Assembly: GCA_002778465.1 (NCBI GenBank) | Contig: PFBV01000005.1 | Span: 7,534-71,533, forward strand | Direction of reading: 5' to 3' | Length of the DNA stretch: 64,000 nt | Source of the DNA: Candidatus Magasanikbacteria bacterium CG10_big_fil_rev_8_21_14_0_10_36_32 | GTDB lineage: Bacteria; Patescibacteriota; Patescibacteriia; Magasanikbacterales; GWA2-37-8 | Shown here: one piece after another, positions 1 through 10,900 of the stretch | Position numbering within the stretch: the stretch's first letter is position 1 | Layout of the letters: each line of letters starts with the position of its first letter | Program-made: the position numbers and the translations under genes | The notes under the pieces: generated by a model | What the model was told of the DNA's origin: nothing | The model's database searches: none | Seen by the model: only the letters and a program-made list of their open reading frames with translations

Positions 1-1956
1 GAACCGTTGGGTTTGCCGGCGACAGATATTCGTTTGATAATCGCTCGTATTATTCGTGTAGCTTTGAGTTTAATTGGAATTGTGGTTTTGGTAATAATTA
101 TTTATGGCGGTTATCTTTGGATGACAGCCGGCGGCAATGAAGACCAAATCGGCAAAGCTAAAAAAGTTTTGTTTAATGCTGTAATCGGGTTAGTTATTAT
201 TTTAAGCGCTTACGCTATTGTTTCGTTTATAATGAATATGCTTGGAGTCGGTTCAGGCGGTCCGGGAGGGGGAGGAACTTTGTCTCCGCCGGGTACGCAA
301 AATTTTCAAGGCAGTGGAGCATTGGGACAGGTAATTAAAGATCATTATCCGGCTCGCAATCAAAAAGGCGTGCCACGCAATACAAAAATTGCTATTACTT
401 TTTTTAAACCGATTAAAATTAATGATACAGCTTTAGTTATTGATAAAAACGGAAACGGTATAGCAGGTGATTGTGTAATACCGACTGTTGGAACAATGGA
501 TTGGGCCACCGATTGTGACGCTTTAAATACATCCAGTATAAAAATTGAAAGAGTGAATACTGTGATTGATATAATTACCTCGTCAACTCAGGAAGTTTTT
601 GTGCCAATCAGCGGCGCGGCAATTTTAGCTAGTTATGTTTCGTCAACTGAGTTTGATCATCAGATAGTTTATACATTAGTTCTTCGTCCTTATGATTATT
701 TGGGTGAAGAAACAGAAGACGTTCAGTATAGAGTTTATTTGACCAATAATATCAAAATAGACGATTCACAAAATAATTATCCGGCATTGTTCGCCAGCAG
801 CCCGACTAAATATTATTCATGGTATTTTACTTGTAGTACTTTGTTAGATTTATCCCCACCGCATGTTATTGATGTTTATCCGCGTAACGGTTACAAAGAA
901 GTGAAAAATACTGTTATTCAAGTTGTTTTTGATGAAGCGGTTGATCCTATGGGGGTGCAAGGCGGTTTTGATGAAACTGCCGATGAAAATCTTTTTGTTT
1001 TACAAAATAGCGGCTATATTTTTTTAACCAGTAATTATAGTGTTAAGCCTGAAGGAAATTTTGATTTATTAAACAGTTATACCACTTTGGAATTTTCTTC
1101 CAATGTCGCTTGCGGAAAAAATGCTTGCGGTAATAATATTTATTGTTTGCCGGTCTGCGATAAATCGGGTGTTGTTTGTGGTGATCCAAAAACAGATAAT
1201 TATAAGGTATTGTTGCGTGCCGCTTGGACAAACAGTAGTAGTACTTTTGAAGCAATTCCTTTTTCAGGAATTTCTGATATGGCCGGCAATGCTTTAGATG
1301 GAAATAATGATAAGGTAATTCAAAAAGCGCCTCGAACTGAACCGGTGTTTGACAGTCAAAAAGTTCCTGATAACTATTATTGGGGATTTATGTTGGAGGA
1401 TAAACTGGATTTAACTCCGCCGATTATCAACCAAACTTTACCGGGACCGGAAGCAACTTGGGTGGAACCGGAAAAAGAATGGACAATGTTGTTTGATAAG
1501 CGAATGCGTGTCGGTTCATTGTATTCAATTAGTATCCAGGAATCTCCGACACCGGCTGAACGTTGCAATCTCTTAGGTCTTTCCGGAGCCGCTTGTATTT
1601 TAGATTCTCTTTGGCGAGTGCCAAATGTTGTGTTTAACGAAGATGATTCTACCTTAACAATTATGGATCACGGTCCATTCCTTGATGGATTAGCACAAAT
1701 TTATGTGCCTTACATCAATTCACGAGTGGAAGATGCGCATTTTAATTGTCTATATCCCGGACAAGGACCTGAACATAATGTTATTGAAGGTGGGACGACT
1801 GATGATAATACCGATTATTCTAGTATTTGCGATGGAACAAATAATTGTTGTATTAAACCTGAAAACGAAACTGAAGATTTTTGTTGCAACGGAATTGAAG
1901 TCGGTTTACATGAAACCGCCAGTTCGTCTTGTTATGCTGGTTTAAAATATCCATAA
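1..1956 (+). CDS. VirB2/TrbC-like pilin-domain surface protein with Ig-like domains (5' partial)
   Basis: Frame is open from base 1. N-terminal hydrophobic hairpin with WMTAGGNED...KAKKVLFNAVIGLVIIL motif, followed by Ig-like repeats (YPARNQKGVPRNTKI, PPHVIDVYP, PPIINQTLP) and a Cys-rich tail. Confidence 0.75.
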   Translation, partial: EPLGLPATDIRLIIARIIRVALSLIGIVVLVIIIYGGYLWMTAGGNEDQIGKAKKVLFNAVIGLVIILSAYAIVSFIMNMLGVGSGGPGGGGTLSPPGTQNFQGSGALGQVIKDHYPARNQKGVPRNTKIAITFFKPIKINDTALVIDKNGNGIAGDCVIPTVGTMDWATDCDALNTSSIKIERVNTVIDIITSSTQEVFVPISGAAILASYVSSTEFDHQIVYTLVLRPYDYLGEETEDVQYRVYLTNNIKIDDSQNNYPALFASSPTKYYSWYFTCSTLLDLSPPHVIDVYPRNGYKEVKNTVIQVVFDEAVDPMGVQGGFDETADENLFVLQNSGYIFLTSNYSVKPEGNFDLLNSYTTLEFSSNVACGKNACGNNIYCLPVCDKSGVVCGDPKTDNYKVLLRAAWTNSSSTFEAIPFSGISDMAGNALDGNNDKVIQKAPRTEPVFDSQKVPDNYYWGFMLEDKLDLTPPIINQTLPGPEATWVEPEKEWTMLFDKRMRVGSLYSISIQESPTPAERCNLLGLSGAACILDSLWRVPNVVFNEDDSTLTIMDHGPFLDGLAQIYVPYINSRVEDAHFNCLYPGQGPEHNVIEGGTTDDNTDYSSICDGTNNCCIKPENETEDFCCNGIEVGLHETASSSCYAGLKYP

Positions 1957-1994
1957 AAAATAAAATAAAATAAAATTATAAATTTTTTAATCAC

Positions 1995-4900
1995 ATGCTT
2001 TCGTCAGATAAAAGAAAATTTTTTTGGAGTTTATTACTGACTGTCATTTGCGGCGGGCTGTGGTTAGGTGTAGGTTTTACCTTGGCACAAACGACGCCGG
2101 ATTTAGGATTGGCGCAAGTTGGTGAAGGAATAGGATTGCCCGCAACAGATATTCGTTTGATTGTTGCCAGAATTATTCGGGCGGCTTTGGGTTTATTAGG
2201 AATAGTGGCTTTAGGTTTGACACTTTATGCCGGATTTACATGGATGACGGCCGGTGGCAATGAAGATAAAATTGCTACTGCTAAAAAAATTCTTTTTAAT
2301 GCCGCCATCGGTTTGGTAATAATTTTATCAGCTTTTGCCATTGTCAGTTTTGTTATCAGTAATTTAATATCAGCTACAACCGGATTGCCGGCTCATTGTT
2401 CAAACGGAGTGATTGATGCGGGTGAAGAGGGAGTGGATTGTGGCGGCGAATGTCCGGCTTGTGGTGGAGGAACAACTCCTTATGGTCCGAGCAATGTATT
2501 TTATGTCAAACAAAAACCGAGCGGATTTACTTGTATAAGAAATTATTATCCGTTAGTAGTATTTAATCATCCGGTTAATTTATCCACTTTGGAAAATAAT
2601 TTAATTGTCCGCCGGCAAGATAATCAAGAACAAGCCGTCGGTACTTGGCAATTTGCTTCTGAGACAATTCAGAACATAGTTAAATTTGTTCCGGAAGGGG
2701 ATTGTGGAAGTCCACCCAATGATTGTTTAGAGGCCAGTACTCTTTATGAATTATATTTTGCCAATGCTAGCGCCATTAAAAGTCAAACTAATTTAACATT
2801 AAATTGCAGTTTAGATGCAACTTGCGCAACATCTGAGTTTACCACAGGCGAAAGTGTTGATCGTCAGCCACCAACAGTAATAATTAGCAGTCCGGCTGAT
2901 AGTTCAAATTTAGAAAAAGGAACCACGGTGCCGGTTAATGTATCTTATTGGGATGATAATGGCATACAAAATATTTCTTTATTTGATAATGAATATTATG
3001 TTGATAGTGTTCAAGTGTCAAATTGTGAGACAACCGGTTCAGTAACTATAAATTGGCCGACAGCGTCAGCTGTCATGACAACACACACTTTGGAAACGAT
3101 TGGTTTTGATTGGTCGGCAGCCACTGGTACGGATAGTGTGGTTGTTTATTTAAGACCAAGTCATTGTTTTAATAATATTCAAGATGTCAGTCTTGGTGAA
3201 ATCGGAATTGATTGTGGCGGTGAATGCGGTTTATGTGGAGGCTCTGCTTGTTCAAGTGACGGAGAATGTGCCAGCGGATATTGTGAAATTCCACCTGGAG
3301 TTTGTGTTAATAAAATGATAATTACCAATATTGATCCGATGGCTGGTGCTACCGGCACTACTTATGTAACAATTTCCGGCAGATATTTTGGTGAAAACGG
3401 AGGACATGTTTATTTTACAAAAATTGGCGGCGGTTGGGCTGAGGCGCCAATTGTCAGTTGTGGTTCAGGTATAGATAATTGGACACAGTCACAATTAATT
3501 GTTTCTGTACCAAATAATGCGGCTGACGGCGCAATTAAAGTTGAAACCGCCACCACTCCTTTGCATGACAGTTTTGTAGATGTGACAGATGGAAGCGATA
3601 ATTGGGGAGGGATATATTATTTTGATGTTAATAATCAACAGCGTCCAGGATTATGTAATTTACAACCAAAATCCGGCGCTCCATATACAACTAATGTTAC
3701 TTTAACAGGTATTAATTTTGGCGGAACGGAAAATAGGGTTGTATTTGGAGCAGGTACCGGTGCATTTAACGCTTTAATTAAAAATTGGTCAAATGCCCTT
3801 ATTAACGCTAAAGTTCCGGGGATGGCTCCGGGAACAGTTGGAGTTAAAGTGATAGCAATGCAAGGAGGAGGAGAAGAAGTGTCAAGTAATGGTATGGCTT
3901 TTACCGTCACTGAAGATATTAATTTAGACACTCCGATTATTTTTGAAATCACTCCTAACAAAGGAGCTAAGGGACAGTATATTACAATTATCGGGAAAAA
4001 TTTTGGTAGCAATAAAGGAAAAGTTTATTTTAAATTAAATGGTGATCAAAGTGGAATTTTGGGAGATTTTAATTTTCCAGATGAATGTGGTAGTAATTTT
4101 TGGACAGACACTAAAATAATAGTTAAATTTCCGCAAGCGGCGATTGAAATACCTGGTGAATATTCAGTTCAAGTTCAACGTTCAACAGATAATGCTTTGA
4201 GTCCAATCGGTGCTTATTTTCAAGCTCAGACTGGCAGTCCCGGTCCGGGAATTTGTAAAATTGATCCTGTTTCCGGTCCTGTGCCATTTGCTGAAGGAAA
4301 ATATATGGAGTTGATCGGTGAACATTTAATTGGCGCGCAACCCTATTTTTGGCGCGCGATTGCTTCTTCTTCAACTATTGAGGGTCGTTTGCCTGCCAGT
4401 GTAGAAACTTGGTCTGAAAATAATATTTTTGCGCTCCCGCCGGCTATGGCATTATCCGGTCCGGTGGTAGTTTACCGAGCCAGTGACAGTAAGATGAGTA
4501 ATTCCATTAACTTTACTGTTTTTAATTGTTTAGAAAATAATAATACCTGTACTCAAGCTGAAAATAAATGTTGTTTACAGGGTACGGATGCCGGAATGTG
4601 CATTCCAAAAAATGAAATGTGTGACGGTGAAACTCGTTCTACCGGTTATATGTGGCGTTTTGGCACTCGTGATCTTCCTGTAGTCCCGCGTGTTATTGAA
4701 CGTTGCAATAGTGATACGGAGTTAGCTTTAAATATTCCTTCTCCTTCGCCGAGTACCATTTGGAACACAGGTGGAGTGACTGATCATGTCAATGTTTGCC
4801 GAACCGCATTGGTAACAGTTGTTTTTAATACCGCTATCAATCCGACTACTGTTGATTTAAATAATGTTCAAATTTTTAAATGTGTCAGTAGTACCATTAA

Positions 4901-7900
4901 TAAAAATATCTGTACACATGATGGAGGATCAATTAGTTTGAATCCGGAAAGTTACGTTTTACATAATGATACCAGTGAATTATCCGATGATTTTTATTTA
5001 ACGATTAAACCGGATACTGTTGGAGGAGCGTGGTCTGACGAAACGTGGTATCAAGTTATTTTGAAATCAGATATCAGAGCGGAAGCTGTGGCGGCCGGAT
5101 CTTTAATGGCTACTCGTCCGTGCGGTTCCGGAACATCTTATTGTTTTATTTTTAAAACAGATTCAACAGATTGCCGTTTGAAAGAAGTGGTGGTCACGCC
5201 GTTAGATTATTGGACAGGTGTATTGGAACGTCCGATACAATATCGAAAAGTTAAGGATAATGCCGATGATCCGGGAGTGGAATTTTGGTATCGCGGTAAT
5301 GGTTTATCTGAACAGAAATGTGTTTGGATGAATATGGATAGTTATAGTTGGAATTGGGGAGTAAGCAGTGAAAATTATGCCAGTATTTATTTTGCCAATC
5401 AAAATCAAGCCCAAGTGTCTGCTTTGGCTAATACTGTGGCCGTCGGTTTAGCTGATGATGCGGTGCGAGTTAGAGCGACTGCGAGCAAAGGAGCGTTTAC
5501 TGTTCCGCCACCGCCTTCAATTGATATTTCTGATGGTTTAGTCGGTTGGTGGAATTTTGATGATGATGGTGCAAAAGTTGTAGATAATAGTGGAAACTAT
5601 CATGATGGAACTCCGCAAAGTGGCGTAACTTATATATCACCAGGAAAAATAGGTACAGCGCTTAATTTAAATGGTTCTGCCGCAGTGATATTAGACAATC
5701 CAACAGTTGGTTTTCCAAGTGGTATGGATTCTCGTACAATTTGCGCTTGGGGCAGACCAACTGATACGGCGGGGGGATGGCGTTGGGTGTTTGCTTATGG
5801 AGATGGGGTGGAAGGAAGAGCAATGTTTATTGGTCAAAATGGGACATCACTAGACGGCGGCGCTTATGGCGCTGATTATGATATTATTGTTAATAATTTT
5901 TGGCAGCCAGGTGTTTGGCATCATGTTTGTTTAACTTATGACGGTGATGCGCAGGTGGCCAATCTTTATACCGATGGCGCTTGGAATACCAGTATGACTT
6001 TGGAATGGAAATTAAAACTGAATAGAGCTTATATTGGCGCGCAAGTACATGTTTCTCCAAATGAATTTTGGAAAGGCGCGATTGATGATGTCAGAATATA
6101 TGATAAAGCATTATCTGCAGGGGAGGTGGCGGCTGTATACAATAATTTAAGCGCGGCTCCAACACCCACAGTCACTTCACCGGAAAGCAAAACAGGTGAA
6201 GGTTTGTTGCATATTGATTTATCACAACCGAAAGTTCTTGATTATTGGCCAAAATGTTTGTCTGCTTGCACCAATGCTGAAATCGGCGCGAAGTTTAATA
6301 CTATCATGGCTAATTATAATTTAAGCGCGGTAAAATTATATAAATGTTCAGATGAAAATTGTCTCAGTAAAGAAGATATTACAAGTGGAATTAATCCATT
6401 GTTTAAATTAAGCGACCGCCGATATTTGGAAATGCCTTTAATAAGCGGGGAGTTGGAAAAAAATACTATTTATCAGATTGTTTTGTCAGCCAGTGGAACC
6501 AGTACATCAGACGGGGTGAATCAGTTGTGGTCCGGCGCCAGCACAACCAATGATGTAATTTTAAGTAAACCATATCAACAAGAGTTTACTTGGCGGTTTC
6601 GAACCAAACAGGAAAAATGTCAGCCGAGCAAAGTCAATATTTTACCGCCATCATATGTGGCCAGTTATATCAAAGAGAAAGCTGTTTATACAGCGGAAGC
6701 TTTCACTTCCCCTGATGATTGTAATCCAAATGGACAACGTTTAAATCCTTGGTTGTTAAATTGGAATTGGACAAATTCAAGTAATGCTGTTGCCACTATC
6801 CAAACTTTTGTTACTAAGGGACACAATAATTTATGTACGGCAAAATGTTTGAAAAAAGGAAGTGATATTTTGTTTGGATCGTCGGTTATTGAACCGATTT
6901 GTGGCAATGGAATTGTGGAAGCTGGCGAAGATTGTGATGTACCTGAAAAAATTACAGGAGTTTCCGCTTGTGGTTTGAATTGTTTATATTTAGGTAATAC
7001 TTCTTCTACTTGTGGTAATGGCATAATAGAAACAAATTTAGGAGAAGAGTGTGATTTGGCGGTTTCTCAAGGTTGCAGTTCCAATTGTTTAAATATGGGT
7101 TCTAACCAGTACACCGGAGCTGAGGAAATCGGTGCGTCAATATGTGGCAATAACCAAATTGGTTTTGGTGAAGATTGTGATATTGGAGTGAAGGGGGATA
7201 GATTAGTAGTAACATCATCATTATATTGTTCGGAAAAGTGTCTTCATTTGGGAACGCCTTTGTCGGCAAAATGGTGTTATGATAATGTTGCTACTTATGG
7301 TGGGTTTAGTTTGTCGGAATTTACAACTGCTTGCCAAAAAGCCATTAGCCAATGTGGTGATGGTGTAGTAAGTCCAAATGAAGAGTGTGATGCGGGTATT
7401 TATGCTTCGTCTACTTGTTCAACAAATTGTTTATTATTATCCAATTGTACGGTGGGTATGGAAGGTTGTACAACTGAAGGTCAGTTGGCTGGTTCTTCAC
7501 TCATGTATTCCGTCCCGTCAGTTTGCGGTGACGCAATTCAAGGAATCGGTGAAGCAATTGGTTGTGAACAAGGTTTTGTAATTTCACATACTTTTAATAA
7601 CCCTTGGGTTTTAGCAACCGGAGTTGGCGATGGACCTACTATCGGTTTGCCTCCAACTCAACAGACGACCATTACCGGTCAAGCTACTGCTTTCAGTGTT
7701 AGCGGTGAAGGAAAATTTATCATACCTTGCGGTTATCACAGTGATTCAGAATGTAATGCCGGTGATGCCAGTGGCAGTTTGGGGGTGGCTCAAAATACCT
7801 GTTGCTATTCACGTCCGCAAATAATTAAAACTTATCCGGTTATGTCCCCATTGCCAGTTAATGTTTGTCCGAATACTTATATTGAAATTAAATTTAATAA

Positions 7901-10900
7901 AAAAATTGACCCGTCTACTTTATATGGTAATTTAATTTTGGCTCAGGGTCGAACCGCTGCTTCTTGTTTATCTGGTGAAGAAAATGTGACCGGTAATATT
8001 ATTACTACAATAGTCTCGGCTAATTCTGATATTTGGTACAAGAAAGTATGGAAGCAGATTGTTTGGTTTGTGAAAAATTTATTTCAATCAAATACCGCTT
8101 CAGCTTTTAAAACAGATTTAAATTCGGTTTCTTGGTGCGCCGGCAAAGAATCTATAACTACTGAAGTTGTTTATGATCCGTCTGTTTCTTCAGATTCTAA
8201 CGATGTTACTTCCACTGTTAAAATAATTTTAAAGAAAGCTTTGGCGACCAGTACTGATTATGCTGTAATTTTGCGTCCAGGTATTAAAGATTCACGCGGT
8301 GTCAGTATTGGTGTATTGTCCGGAGACATAAATCGCAATTGGAAATTTATTACAGGAGAACAAATTTGTGAATTAACAGATTTATCAATTAATCCGGCGA
8401 CTCATTTATTCCAAAAAGCCGGCAACTCCATTAATTTGGAAGTAGTATCTAAAACCGGTAACGGTCAGCAAATTCAACCGATAAACGGTTATCGTTGGGA
8501 ATATGTATGGGAACCAAAAATTAATGACTATGTAACCCTGACTGTTACTACCAGCACGCCTAATGTAATTACTTCAAAAAATAGGAATGGTGAAATTGAT
8601 GTGGTGGCTGAAAGTAAATTTACTGAAAATATATTTACCGCAACATCTCCGACTTTGCGCGGCAGTTCACATATAACAATATTTTTATGTGAAAATCCTT
8701 GGCCGTCAGTTGCTGATTTGCCGTGGCATGATACGGCGTGGGATTTTTCAACTTATTATTGTCGTGATAGTGGCAGCGTGGGCACGGCTGATGATTTGCC
8801 AAATCTCTCGGCTTCTGTTGAAGATAGTCTGACCGCTCCATACAGACGAAGATATCTGATGACTGATAAAGATTTTACCGATGCCATTGGCATTATGATA
8901 TTCCCAAATCCGGAACATTTAACTGTTCAAGATTGGTATAAAATGAAAAATTTTAAAGGCACATTTACTTCATTAAATATAGATGGTTACTCAGCTATTA
9001 CAGATGGAAATAATTATTATGTTGATGCACTCAATTTAAGTTCATCCGAAAATATTTATACTAATATTTATTTATTTAGTATTAATAGTAATGCTGAACA
9101 GAATATGCGGCGTGTTTTTGAACAGATGATTACTAATTTAAAATTTAATAATGATTTTTTAAATGAAAAATATTGTGGTTCAGATTTTGTAGACGAATCA
9201 GTTAATTATAGTATGCCGTGTCAAAATGATTTGGATTGCTGGACGCAAGTTGATTTGTATAATCAAACCAATCCTTTAACGCCGAGTACTGATTATTTAT
9301 GTTTGAATCAAAAAGATAAAATTCAGAGAAATTATCAGCGTTTGAAAGATGTGAGAACAATAATTGATGTTTTGTCTAATTATAATCAAAATCAACAGAT
9401 TATTAATTCATCAACTCTTGGATTTTATCCATTGATGAAAGATAATACTTATTTAAGCGGACAAGCTTTGAGTGTTTGGCCGGCTGCTTGGACAGGTTTA
9501 GGCAGTGCGCTTGGAGCGTCTATGCCGTCAGATCCGATTAATAAATTAGCTAAAGCTGGCACTTGTTTCCAAAAAAATATTTCAAGCCAATTTACCGCTT
9601 GTACAAAAGATGAAAATTGCGCGGTTCCAGTGACCGATGGAATTGTTAGTCAATGGTTGTCAGATCAAAATCCGACAGACCAGAAAGGTATTAGTGATGC
9701 GCAGCTGGAAGGAGATGTGTCTTATTCAGCCGGAAAAGGACATGGCGATGCTTTTGATATTGCCGGCGATTCAGTCAGTAAATTAATTATTCCTCACAAG
9801 GATAATTATAATACAGAATCATTTACTTTATCTACTTGGATTTATCCACGCAAGAAAAATACCGCTGTTTTATTCCAAAAAGGTGGTTTAAGCAACGGTG
9901 GAGCAAGTTTGGGAGGTTGGGGATTGGAATATAGCGATTGGAGTTACTATGGAGATAGTTTGAGTAGTAAAGTGTTTAATAATGGAACGGTGCGATTTGC
10001 AATTTATCCTTCAGATAGCAGTGATTATAAATATGTGGCTGCTGATTCCGGAGTGCCGTTGGCGCTTAATCAGTGGCATCATTTGGCGGCTGTTTATGAT
10101 AGTACTGATATGACAAATAGAAAGGTTCGTTTATATATTGATGGTTTACCGGCCAGCGCGATAGAACCGGATGGTTGGATTATGAAAGCAGAAAACAAAG
10201 CGGGAGTGATAAGTGTGGTGAATAATGCGGATTTATCAAATAATGGTTTAAATATTGAAGTTGGTCAGAATTTTAATGGTTTGATTGATAATACGATATT
10301 TTACAATAAAGCATTGAATTTGGATGAAGTTAATAATTTATACAGAGGAGTTTGTATTATTCATGACAGTTTAACCGGTTGGAGTGTTGAAGACAGAAGA
10401 TTCAGTTTTTCTTGTAATCCGTTATCTTATGCTTACCGTTATATTTATGATACTGTTAATCGCGATTTTGATTTAAGACTAAATATAGAAGAAGATGGAA
10501 TTAATCCGGCTAATTGGCCTATATTCATTTCAGAGTTTGGTATTGATTCCGGTTCGCAAGTGTCAATGGATAGTGTTTGTCAGGCGGATGACGAAGTAGC
10601 TTCGCCGTACAGTTTAGTTTGTGGTGATGGAGTTTTGGGAGGAACGGAAGTTTGTGATCCACCGGGAAAAGTAAATTATGATACCAGTTTATGTCCTGTT
10701 TCAGCTACTAAAAAAATATGCAATAGTTCATGTCAGTGGGGATTGGCTACTACGATTACTTGCGCAGCAGCCACTGGGGCGCAATGTGGTGACGGTAAAA
10801 TTCAAGCCGTAACAGGTGAAGTTTGTGATGACGGTTTATTAAACGGCACTAATGAAAGGTGTAACACAACTTGTACAGGGATAGTTCATAATTGTGGTGA

